DNA of 64,000 nucleotides from Daphnia carinata (Eukaryota): NCBI RefSeq assembly GCF_022539665.2, contig NC_081333.1, positions 2,170,001 to 2,234,000 of the forward strand, read 5' to 3'. Shown piece by piece: positions 52,844 to 64,000 of this stretch (position 1 is its first letter; each line of letters starts with the position of its first letter). The notes under the pieces were generated by a model. It saw only the letters and a program-made list of their open reading frames with translations, ran no database searches and was not told where the DNA came from. The position numbers and the translations under genes were made by a program.

Positions 52844-55200
52844 ATGGAGCCTCCTCCAAAGAAACGCGCGAAGACAGATGAAAAATTAGTCGAGAGCTTG
52901 CCCTCGTCTGGGCTGAGGAATACATTACACGGCAACGTATTTCAACTGAAGCTGCTAATGCTGTTCCTCATCCGAGGACTTAAAATGCCCTCCCCCTGTA
53001 AGTTCAAGCTAGATACTGAGATGCCTGATAAAGGGGGTAAATTCGATGACCTCATCTTTACGTACGAAAATCGTGAAAGCGGAAGAAAAACGTCACGGTA
53101 CTTGCAGGCAAAGCACAAATTAGAAGATTCCACGAAGATCAAGGCAAGCGATCTTTTGAACGAAAGTGATGGTGACTTTAGTCTTAAAAAATATTTCCGG
53201 TCTTATCGGGAAATTTGCAAAACGCTCGACCACAACGAAGACCTTAAGGATTGCATTATTGGAACTAATATTGGCTTTGATGAAGACGACCTCAAGCAGA
53301 AAGGAATCAAATTAGTAAGTTTAAGCAATCAAGATAGTATTCTGGATTTCAACACCAAGCAAACGTCTGGCAGCAAAAAACCGGTATGGTACAAGTTACA
53401 AGACATGGAAGGTACCACCAATTTGTACAAAAAACTAGAAGAAACCTCAGACATGCATTGTTTAGCCCACGAACTATTGAAATGCGGCAACGATGGGAAA
53501 AAACTTGAACTCAAATGTGCTTTGTTTAAAAAATATCATTATGCTTTGGTTAAAGAAAACGTATTAGACCTCAGTTCGACAACATTCCATAAAAATTTCA
53601 TCGACAATGTGAAACTTTCGGCAAACGCAGAAAAATTCCATAAAATGCTTAGCAATTGCCAAAGTCGCGATGACTGGACGACGCTGAAATTTGATTTCAG
53701 TAAAGGTTTTGGCAAAATAAAGAAGAAAAATGAACAACAACTTGAACTTGCAATGAACAAAAAGCAAAAACTCAAACTCAGATGCGATGTGTTAAACAAT
53801 TACCACTATGCTTTGATTAAAGAAATCGTATTAGACCACAGTTTCCATCAAAATTTCAACAAACTTGTGTTTGCTGTCAAATGCTTATCGATTACCAAAC
53901 GAACAACGATGGAATTTGATTTGAGTGAAAGTTTTGGCAAAACGGACAACAGTGAACAAAGTGAACTACCCAATGACCCTGTGAATGATGACGAAATAGA
54001 AAGTTTTCTTAACAAACTCGTGTTTGCCGTCAATTTACCTAAAGAAAACGAGTTGGGTGACATTATACGGATAATCGATTTATGACAAGTGAGTTTTTAA
54101 GTAAAATGCTGAATTGGTTTAAAGATAAACACGCAACTACACTATCGAACACAAAAGCAGAATCAATTATAAAGGAAATAAAAGAAATGATGACGTTGAT
54201 GCGCGCAACCGGTACTTCCATCAATTACCGTGACAAGCTCTGCAAGGAGATGACATTCAAACAAGATGCAATCGACGGCATGACCGAAAAACTAAAATCT
54301 TTTCTCTGCGACTCAAACCTAAAGAAGCAAGTGCTGCGCATTGCAACAGCCTTTCCAAAATACAGCGCCATAAAAATCGTCCAGTCTCTGAAACAATCAA
54401 GTAAATTCAAGGAAGACGACAGCTATTTGATTGTGGAAAGCAAAAATTTGCGTGAAGACAAGGAAAGAGTTCAAATGAGAAAAATTTTGGGAGCTGAGAG
54501 ATCGCATAATTTGCTAGTTGTTGTGTGCAATAATGATACCGAGCAAAAATGGGATGAATTGATTCCACAACCAAACAACCGTAACCACAACAATCGTAAA
54601 TCGAAAAAAATCATTATCGTTGAAACTAAAGCTAACACTGTTGTACCAATTGTAAACCAATGAAAATAAATGATCACCATAAAGAGCAGACCATCGAACA
54701 ATTCGCCAACAATCCAATGGGCAAGATTCCTATCATAAAGAAAGAGATTCCATGAATATTTTCGTTGGCTGAATGTTACCAATGAAAGAAAATGTTATAA
54801 ACAATGTTATTAGCACTGAAAATGTTTTCATTAATGCTTACAACAAATTTAGTCTATCGGAATTATATCGTCGTTTCATGGAAACAAAGGGTCAGATATT
54901 TCGCAATGGGAAGGTGAAGAATGCGGGGAGTGAGGAGTGTTTTGTAAACTATGGTATTGAATTATCACTGAAGATGATGACAATTCAGTTGATGGGATTG
55001 GCAATCAACACTATCTTTACTGATCCGAAAGATGTTAAACTTATATGGCAAGATCCAGCCCCGAACAATCTTTCTGAAGAGGAACGGGAGTTGGATTAAA
55101 AGAAATTGGCTGAACTTTGCATCCGCCATGGATTGATCAATGAAAACGATGAAGGCGGTTTCTAGTTTCTACATTGAACCTTTGCTGAATATTTAGTGAT
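52844..55200 (+). pseudogene. Fragmented gene: N-terminal PD-(D/E)xK/Cap4-like nuclease motif plus NACHT-type remnant
   Basis: Intronless ORFs 52844-54085, 54082-54663 and 54773-55099 broken by frameshifts and stops. Motifs HGNVFQ...E...FDDL...YLQAKH, and FLH*TFAEYL at 55166-55198. 5'UTR intron at about 52740-52831. Confidence 0.6.
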
Positions 55201-56951
55201 TGTTGAGAATAAAGCATCAGTCCTTTCAGTGAGTTCAGTTACCTTAAAGACAAGTGTAAGTTACTGTTGCATATGCAGTGCTGTTTTAATGATTGACTGC
55301 AATCAATGAACATAGTATTGGTAGTTGAAATGCACCAAAATTTTTTTTTTTTAAGTGTCGGGTAAGATTTTTGGCGTTAAGCAAATTTTTCAACTATAGT
55401 GTCAGTGCCGATGAAGTTCAAAATATCCTAAATCGGAATATTTTCGTTGAAAACAATTATGTTCAACAAGGGGATCAATCGGAACTTTTGAAATGCTAAA
55501 AATTCCAAAATACCAAAGGTGACAATATATTATCATCGAAGTGCACCACCACATTTTATACTCTCTACCTCGGAAACTGGAAAAGACGTATATCAATCGG
55601 ACATTTTGCATTCCAAAACATCGAAGATGACGAAAAACAATTTCACAGGTGATTTTTTGCAAAAAAAAAATTGAATAGGTTATTTGAAAAATAATAATTA
55701 CGAAAATGTCCCTAATAGATCCTTGTTTGTTCCCTTCAATAGATAAAAGGACGCCACATTCAGTTCCGATAATTTGCTAAAATGAACTGTAGCAATCAAG
55801 TAGTATGATGCCTGAAACGCTTCATTATAGACTCAATCCACGTCATCTGAAACCCGAAACCCCACCAAAAGGAAAATTTTTGTTTAGCTTACCTTGGTTG
55901 TGTACGAAATGCATGTGCCAATATGACTCACGGTGAGCTTGAGTCTTTTCCTGGTAGACGAAGTCATCGTCACATCCCACGATATCTAAGTAGTCTTCGA
56001 CAATAACAACCCTGGAGCTAAATGTTGTTCCAACATTGGAATCAAGGCACGTCTCAAAGTCAGCATCTCCAGTTATCACACACTTTTCGATTCAAAACCA
56101 TGGCACTAGAAAAACAAAGCAGAAGACACCTATCAAATTTACGAGACACTATTTAGAATGTATAAAGATAAACAAAAGATCGAAAAAGAAAGGTGGTTGA
56201 CATTTAAACGATAAAATTCAACACAACAAAGCAGATCACTAACAGAATGAGACAATGGCATAGTGTGTAGTTCACTTTTGGCTGGCAGAAAATTTCAGAC
56301 AATGGCCCCCATGCTGGTTCCCCACATGGGTTAATAATAATAAACTTAAATTATGTAGTTAGTCCAATAATGAAATAAGTTGAGATGGATTTCCGAAAAA
56401 AGCATTTACATTTAGGCCTTATTGGAAGTTGTATCCCTATCAAGCATCTAGCCTACTAAGCATGAAATAATGGTTACGTAGTGTTGGGTGCGTTACTGTC
56501 TGCCATTTGGTGCGAACTCGTTTGGCCCAAAAGCAATCAGAGTTAAACCAATAAAGAACTTTACCTTATCTTTAGTTTTAAGCGTATGGTCTAGTTGTGT
56601 ACACTGTAAAGAAAGTAACCAATCCACTTACATGAATCTGTCTAGTTAATTTATCAGATTATAATTTGCCAACAGTTCTTACGTTCGTGCAGAACGAGGG
56701 TAGAGTGCACAATGCAAAATAATTGTAACCAATGCTTCTTACCCACCCCCTTTCTATCTTTTGAATCTGATTGGTCGACACCTCAGAAATCGGCCATCAT
56801 GTTTCTGAAAAACAAGTTTCAGCAAATTGTTAAACCTGATAGGCAACCTCGCAGATCCATGTGGTTTTCCAAACAATAACAACCGACCGGTGACAGAAAA
56901 CAAAATTTTCATTTATAGGGGCCTATCCAAAGTGAATTTTTTCTTTGCGGA

Positions 56952-58947
56952 ATGGCAGACCAAAGTTTAATAGAATTAAAGATTTATTTCTTAATCTGGA
57001 CAGGGTCTGTTTTTTATTCAATGTACCAGTGCCATTTAACTAGTGATAGTAAGAACTATTATAATTCTCGTTTTTCTATGTAGTAATAGCTTTTTTTTAC
57101 AGGATATTCTCAGTACTTGTCAGAGGATTTGGTTCCTGGCTGGAAATGGGTAGGCAGAAATGCTGATACGTCTGACTTTGAATGGAAGATGTGGACCCCA
57201 ATATTTTTTCGATGGCTAAAATTTGTTATACCATTCCTCATCATAAGTTTGACAATCAAACGAAGATTTCCAAAAATAGTGCCTCTAGTCAGTATTGCCA
57301 TGTCATTCTGTTGGCTTTGGAGTATGCTTGGACTGCATTTAACAGTCTTCACATTTATCCAACCAGTGCTGTTCCTATGGATTCTACAATTATTTTCCTT
57401 ACACTGTGTTTGGATACTCTGCATTGGGTTTACACTTGCACTGCATTCATCACTGTTTTCGGATGTTAAAGTAACTAATTAACACTTGGATATAATTATA
57501 AAATTTTTTTATTTTAAATTAAAAGCAAGTATTTTTCTGAAAGGCAGGTTTGTTTGAAGAAGATTCTGTTCGGGAGTATTTGTTTTCAGTTCTTCTAGCA
57601 TGGACCCACGCTCGTTCAATTAGTTATTTAGTAGATACACGTTCTACCGGTCATCATAACAAATTGATGAATTTCTACCACTACTGCTTCTATCTCCCCC
57701 TGCTACCAACAGGGCCCTTGATGCTTTATCGGGATTTCAAATTTTCGGTAACAAAAATCGACATATACTTTTACCTGTTCTTATAACATTACGAGTTATT
57801 CACCTTACTAAAGATGGAAAATCCTGCAAACCAACCATGCAGTTTGGCTCACCTAATCAAGAGCACAGCGCTAATTGCGCGTTACCTCTTTTGGTGGTTT
57901 GTTCATCAGCTTGCGTTGCATTATTTCTATCATAGTGCATTGCAATATCACATTGGTAATTCTCCATACCTTCATTGTTAATTCATTGCTTGTTCAGCAA
58001 TAAATATTTTAACCTTGTAGGAATTGTTCGACAGTTTGATGTCTGGCCAGCTGCAGGACTTGGCTACACGCTTGGTCAATTTTTTATGACCAAATACTTG
58101 GTTTTATACGGATTGCCGTCGGCGTTATCCCGATTAGATCATGTTGATGCACCACCTCCACCCAAGTGTGTAGGCCGCATTCATCTCTATTCGCAAATGT
58201 GGCGAGATTTCGATCGCGGACTATACAATTTCATGCTTCAGTAAGCCGCGAACAGAGGTTTCATATTAGGTATGCAAATTGATTTCTTTTCTTTTTCTTT
58301 TAGGTACATTTACATTCCATTTAAAGGGGCGTCGGACAAAGCGTCGGCAAAATTAGCCGGAACAGCTATGTGTTTCGGCTTTGTCTGTATATGGCATGGT
58401 GCTTCGAATGCAGTGGTTCGCCAACTGTAACTATTCATACCTATTTAGATTTTTCTAAAGGTTTCTTGATTTTTTTCCAGATCATTTGGTGTGTCTCCAA
58501 TTATGTTGGAATTTGTCTCGAAACAATGGGCAAATCTTGTTCTACTTGCTGGCCTTTTGCAAATTGGAAGGTATGAATTCCTTGGTCTAGTTCACCAAAC
58601 TGTTACTCGCATCTGTTTCCATTTTAACAGGCTAATTGGTCCTCTTCGAATTGGCTACGATTTCAAGCCGCCGTAGCTTCACCGCTACTTTTGATGTCAG
58701 CGCTTTCTAATTTTTGTTTCTTTACTGATGCTGGCGTTGGATACATTCTTGCCAAAAAAGCTATCTACGAAGGTATTTGCAATAAATTATTATTCTGAAA
58801 TACATTGATTCATACCTTTTCCCCATAGGTGGAATTGTGAGATTGCTGTGTATTTTGTTGGTCATGTACTGCTGTTGCCAAGTTTCCATGGCTTTGAATC
58901 GTCGAAATAAGAAAAAGCTTGTCCATAATCAGTCACATCAGGAGTGA
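56952..58947 (+). CDS. HHAT: Hedgehog acyltransferase (MBOAT; rasp/skinny hedgehog)
   Basis: DTSDFEW, YCFYLP...GP, GQFFMTKYLVLYG, PPPPKCVGRIHLYSQMWRDFDRGLY, YIYIP and FVCIWHG (catalytic His). Confidence 0.92.
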
Positions 58948-60229
58948 TTTCGTTCCAGTTGGGCGATAAAAAAAGTAGTGCCTTGATTTTCCGATTGTTC
59001 TTCCTTGGGTCAATATGCTCCTTGATTATTTCTGTTATCTTCCTAATTCTCCTTTTACTTAATGTATAATAAAAGAAATGATCTTTTTCCATATGTCGCA
59101 TAACGTTTCTGGTTAAACATCAAAAGATGCCAACCAGTTAAGAAGCGAGGCGAAGTTAACAGCATGCACCTACAAGAATAACATTACATACTTGTATTAA
59201 CAAGTCCGTTTGCTCAGATGAATATACATGGCAAAGAAGAAAGCTGTTAAAATAGTAATTTCGTTTCAGGATCGAATGATGTCATGTATATTTGGAGGGT
59301 CCGCTTGCATAAGTCATACAAGACGATGACGGCAAAGCCAATCTTTTTTTTTTTTTGACACTTGGTAATTTTAAAAAGAGGGGAACAAAAAAACAAAACC
59401 GAAAGGAGGAAAAAAAAAAGGAGTATCAATCTCGTAGTATGTCCGAATCGATCAGGAACACGACAAAGGAAAAATTTTGATCGGTCAGTTTTGTTTCACA
59501 AAAATATGTACGAAGAGATTTACTTCTAGACAAAGTAAATCGACTGGTTTACGAAGAAAAAGCGACGGATATAAGGGAAACATAAAAAGGGGATAACGAG
59601 AACACAGAAAGAAAGGGCAGTTAAAAAAGTTACTTCATTTGGGTTCATCGATAACATGGAAAGGAAAAAAAAAACAATGAGGTCCAGCTGCCATAAAGCA
59701 TTGCACAACACGAATGTTTTCGTTCGTGAGGGACGAACAATTCATCGAGTTTTTGTCTGCGTTAATTCAACAGGGGAAAAAAGCTCAACAAACATGCATA
59801 AATTGATGAGTTATTATCACTGATAATGCCGCCACCCCATCTACAGCACGCGTTACCCACTGGTTGGCAGATAATCATTAATAACCATCCCTCCCTCGTC
59901 TAGCACGAAAATTTATGTTAACAGTGTTATTATTATTCAGCCAAACAAGGTTATTTTTTTAAGGACATCCACCAAAGACCGCAGAATGCCTGAATCTCAT
60001 TTTTCAGTCCAAAGGCTCAATGAATGACTAGCATTAAACCAAATTGTGGACGCGCGGCCTCCAATGAAAAAAAAATTTGACTACATTCTTCTTTAAGTCG
60101 TTCTTACGTAGAACGGATGGAATCCCATGGACAGAAGAGACTCAATAGGACAGGACAAAAAAAAAAAATAAATGTTTACAAACGTCCTCCTCTTTAAAAT
60201 GCGGGGGGGGGGGGGGTGTTTCATAAACA

Positions 60230-63200
60230 TCAGACTTGGGATTCCTTTCGTTGACGAAGCGTAGCAAGCCGCAAGCCTTTGGCAAGCATTTGTGACTCCA
60301 GGTCTTTGTCCTCTTCACGGTACCTGCAATGGGGATAGCCAGACAACACAAGAGAAAGAGGTTTGCTTCCGGTTAATTGTGTGACAAGTCTAAATGTTCT
60401 TTGACTGCTTATTCCTTCAAAGCGCTAAAAGGCAAATGACAAAGCACATTCTCACTACTTAATTTAATATATAAAAAGATAAACAACGGGCACGATTATG
60501 TAAGGCCATTTTGAACCGCGATTTTCAAAAGCTGGTCAAACCATTTCACGATTAAAAACTTGACTTTTTTTGGGGACGGTTCCGCTTTTTCTGTAATCCA
60601 ATAGGTAGCTCGGGATAAGACTAGATTGTATGTCATTGTGGCATCCCAATCATGCAATTCGGATTAACTTCATCAGACACGCGTTGTGCCGCTAAGCTCG
60701 CAATATCCAGAAGAACGGCAAAACAGAAAAGAGGAAATGATAAGCTTTACCGGAAATTCGACTTTGAAAAAAATAACGGTAAAGACGAAACTAAAATTCC
60801 CGCAGGCCGATCTGAAAACATTGTCAGGTAACGTGGAAAAAGAAAATTTGAGCGCAGGTTGATTTGAAAGAATAAGCGTAAAAAACAAAAGGGGAGAAGG
60901 TGTAACTACTGCTGGGAATGAAGAGGAAAGAGAGACAGTGAACCGAAACCACAACCGGCTAATTAAGAATTAAATAAGGAAAATAACAGAAGGAAAATGA
61001 AAGGAAGTGGGGGAGGGGGGGGGGGGGGAAATGTGTGATATCAGTAGAACGAGGGCCAACTGTTGGCCGGAAGCGTTGACAAGATGAAAAACGAGAAGAC
61101 CGTCAGCCAGAAAAGGATGCCAATCTGCCACCACGCCCATCCGTCGACTGGATCGGATTGACATGTTTCTCTCTCCAATTCCATGTTTGGTTTTATTTTT
61201 TTTCTCTTCTTCCTCATTTTTTGAGGCTGTTCTTCTTGGTGCATATTCGAGTCGAGGTCATTTTGGCATGTTGACCGATCGTCTTTCTTTTCTTTTCTCT
61301 TTGGACGGTCGTTCATGTCGGGATAGACCCCGCGGCGGCCGCTTTGTTGCAAATGGTTGTATTCCCACATCCAGACCAGATCGCGGACCACTCCGCGGTT
61401 CGTAAATTTGACTCCGAGCGAGCCCCAATCGTTCTCGTCTTCAACGGCCTCGACTCGCTTCCGCGCTTTGCGGTCCAACTCGTCAAACACTTCGACTTTC
61501 TCTCGAAGAATTTGCGACGTCTTTTTCTGCTTGATTTGCGCAGCCGTTTGCCGTTGTTCGTAAAAATATTCGTAATCGGTACCGACAGAGCTAACAGCCC
61601 GTTCGGCATCACTGTTGGGCATCGACTCGTCATTGCCGGACCAAAACTCTGGTTCACCTTGACTGTTAAGGTCTATTATTTCGATTGGTTGGCTTTCGAA
61701 TTCCATTTCATTCGGAGCTTGCTTCTCTTCTAAGGAGCTACCTAAGCTGGCAGTGCCATCCTCAGACAAGTCTTGAACCAACTGATCAAATTCTAAAACA
61801 TCTTGGTCATTGACTATGTCGGATGTGGCAGCGGCAGACCACAATTCGAGTTCTTCTTGGCTAACCAGGTCTTTCAGTTCAACGATTTGGCCTTCGAATT
61901 CGACAGACGAGCTCCAAGCAATTTTTGCTGGATGCTGGGGTTGTTCACGAATCGAATTTTCAACAGGTTCTAGTACAACTAAGTCCGATTCGAGAAAATC
62001 GTTTATCGAATCGGTACGCGGTGGAGTGTTTGAATGGTCATCGCAGAATAGATGTTCGAATTCTTCTTCAATTTCAAGATCACTGTCTACTGTATCCGGC
62101 TGGCCTTCCCCTGTGTCCCATAGCTCGCATCCTGAGACTTCCGACGCCCGAATTTGGTCCGAATACGCTTGAAACGCCCCATTGCTTTCGTCCTCCTTTT
62201 CCTGTTTTTCCGCAGAGTCAGGCCCGAAAACGTCATCCTCAAGACTACTCTGAGCCAGATCAATCAGGTTCAAAAAGACTGCCCACCTTTGCCGGTCCTC
62301 TTCGAGCATGCTGCGCAGCGAGTCTTTCTGCTCCACAATCTCCAGCATTTCGGTAAGAATCGCGCCCTCCTTGTCCACGTCGGCTGGCGATTTCACCGTC
62401 TCTATAAAAATGAAAATAATTTGGTATTAGCTGATGTGTTCATTTTTCCCGTCACATGGTGAGCTGTGAATGAGAAGTGAGAATTAAGAATCGCCAGCAC
62501 ACCACCACAAAAGATATAGCTTTAGGCAAAAAGGATAAGTGATTAAACTCTTGAAAAAGCCACGCCTCCATGCTTTTTCATGCAAACGCTAGATGCCATG
62601 ACTCAATTCAATCCTACCTGGCTCCAATGAGCCATCAGTGATAAAGACGTCGTCTTCCCAATCTAAATACGACGTTTCAATGGTTGGAATTAGCGAGTGT
62701 TCGCGTCAAGCATGTGCGCGCGTCATCATGATTAGTTCGGCACAATAAAATTATTTTTCAATAAGTTAGTTCATTAGAAAGCTTAAGGGCTTGCTCATTA
62801 TTAAGTGAGGCAATATCTATGCGAAAACTCGTGTGAAAGGTCTACGGTATACCATCCAAAGACATGCGATCCTTGAGCTCCTGCTGGAGTCGAGCATGTC
62901 TATCCTCCAGCTCAAGTTCACGAGCACGAACCATCAGCTCCTGCTCGTACCGACTTAAGGCGTTTTTCTCGTGGACTAGCTGGAACCACTCTTGCATCAG
63001 GGCAGACTCGTCACGGCCGGACACTCCTGCAGACATATTACGTTAGCCACAAATTTTAAAAAGCCAATTGTAGAATGGAATTCAAAGTACCTCCTTCTTC
63101 ACCGCGTAATGTCCGTTCAAGTCGAACGCCTTGCTCTTCCAGTTCCTTTTGTTTAACTTCCATTTCTTCCAATTGGCGTTGAATAGACTGTGCCATACGT

Positions 63201-64000
63201 AGTCTAGCAATAAAAAGTGTGTTCCAGTACAAGGATTATCCAAATGTTTTCAGCAATGCAAACATACCTCTTTAATTCGGTTTGACGAGCTACTTGGCGC
63301 GCTTGTTTCGATTGCCGTTTGGTACTTGATGAGAAAGTCGACCATTGGCCACTTGGAGTTCCTGATGAATCGCATTGATCCACAGCAAAACCGGACGTTG
63401 GAGTCGTTGCCTCGCTTCCTGACGTTGGACTAGCAAGCAGAGAGGTTGCTCGCGGTTTAACACCACCTTTTCCATCTAAAAAAAAATGCAATTGTTTTCA
63501 TCCAAAACAATTAATAATTGAACATTTTCTATTTTTACCTTCGTTAGGAGGCGTAACAGGAGAACTAGCGGAACGAACTCGCCCGTCTTCATAAGAATTG
63601 TCCACCGCCAATTTATCCTGACAAAAAAAAACGATTAATTCTAAAGTAAATTCCCAGCAATAAATAAATCTACCTTGCTAGATTTATCCTTCTTTCCTGA
63701 AAACTTGGGCAATTGGAATTTAGTTGGACTGGATTTCTTGCTGGGGGAGTCAGACTCCTTTGCATCTTCTTTCTTAGAACTGCTGAATAGACCCGTGATT
63801 GTCTGTATGATGCTTCGACGACGTTCACGGTCTTTCGATTTCTTCACTTTCACGCCATGCTGGAAAACAAAAATTATCATAAAACACAATTTTTCGGGGG
63901 GAAATAGAAGCTTACCTCGTTGGTCGTCGATGGCGAAGAGGCCGAGGCGGCAGAATCAGCATCGAGCTTAACATTCGATTCAGCAGGTGAGAGTCCCGCC
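60230..64000 (-). CDS. Mical: Mical (3' part: bMERB coiled-coil domain), continues beyond the window
   Basis: ELKRLRMAQSIQRQLEEME, QEWFQLVHEKNALSRYEQELMVRARELELEDR and ILTEMLEIVEQKDSL. Terminal exon 60230-60323 encodes YREEDKDLESQML...RKESQV*, similar to the MICAL3/Mical C-terminus. Confidence 0.88.
61041..62286 (-). CDS. Putative alternative Mical terminal coding region (read-through of the 62286 donor): acidic extension with a C-terminal transmembrane segment
   Basis: About 415 uninterrupted codons in frame with the bMERB exon, inside the last intron; ends WAWWQIGILFWLTVFSFFILSTLPANSWPSFY*. Confidence 0.7.
62618..62662 (-). CDS. Candidate 45-nt cassette exon in Mical
   Basis: TTTAG|...CCAG|GTAGG, phase 1-1 and frame-preserving; encodes DWEDDVFITDGSLEP. 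Confidence 0.55.

Noticed and set aside
55843..56079. NYN-domain fragment (ITGDADF)
   Set aside because: A single short motif, an upstream in-frame stop, and no other domain features.
61041..61140. Canonical KASH domain at the Mical alternative tail
   Set aside because: A TM plus short tail is present, but it lacks the terminal PPPX motif; kept only as tail-anchor-like.

Overview
Gene-dense eukaryotic DNA with very short GT-AG introns (mostly about 55-75 bp) and arthropod-type proteins. It is most consistent with a water flea (Daphnia-like branchiopod crustacean); this is an inference, not a database result. Housekeeping genes in order: FAM43-like, CNDP2, Nup62, three tandem RhoL-like GTPases, IWS1 (with a U12 snRNA gene inside one intron), TAF9, TTC14 with a long RS tail, PPOX, GINS1, SLC35F5, Nup43, a membrane-anchored torsin, KDM8/JMJD5, UBIAD1, HHAT/rasp and the 3' end of Mical. 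Two accessory regions interrupt them. (1) About 16.3-23.2 kb: a repeat-bounded insert containing a decayed intron-rich gene and a truncated vasa copy, which converge on a palindrome. The palindrome has ~468-bp near-identical, highly structured arms around three tRNA-like A/B-box units. (2) About 52.8-55.6 kb: a broken intronless gene with an N-terminal PD-(D/E)xK/Cap4-like nuclease motif and a NACHT-type remnant. Mical appears to have two alternative C-termini: a canonical PDZ-binding end, and a ~415-residue acidic extension ending in a transmembrane tail. All exon calls were made by eye from splice signals and remembered family motifs.
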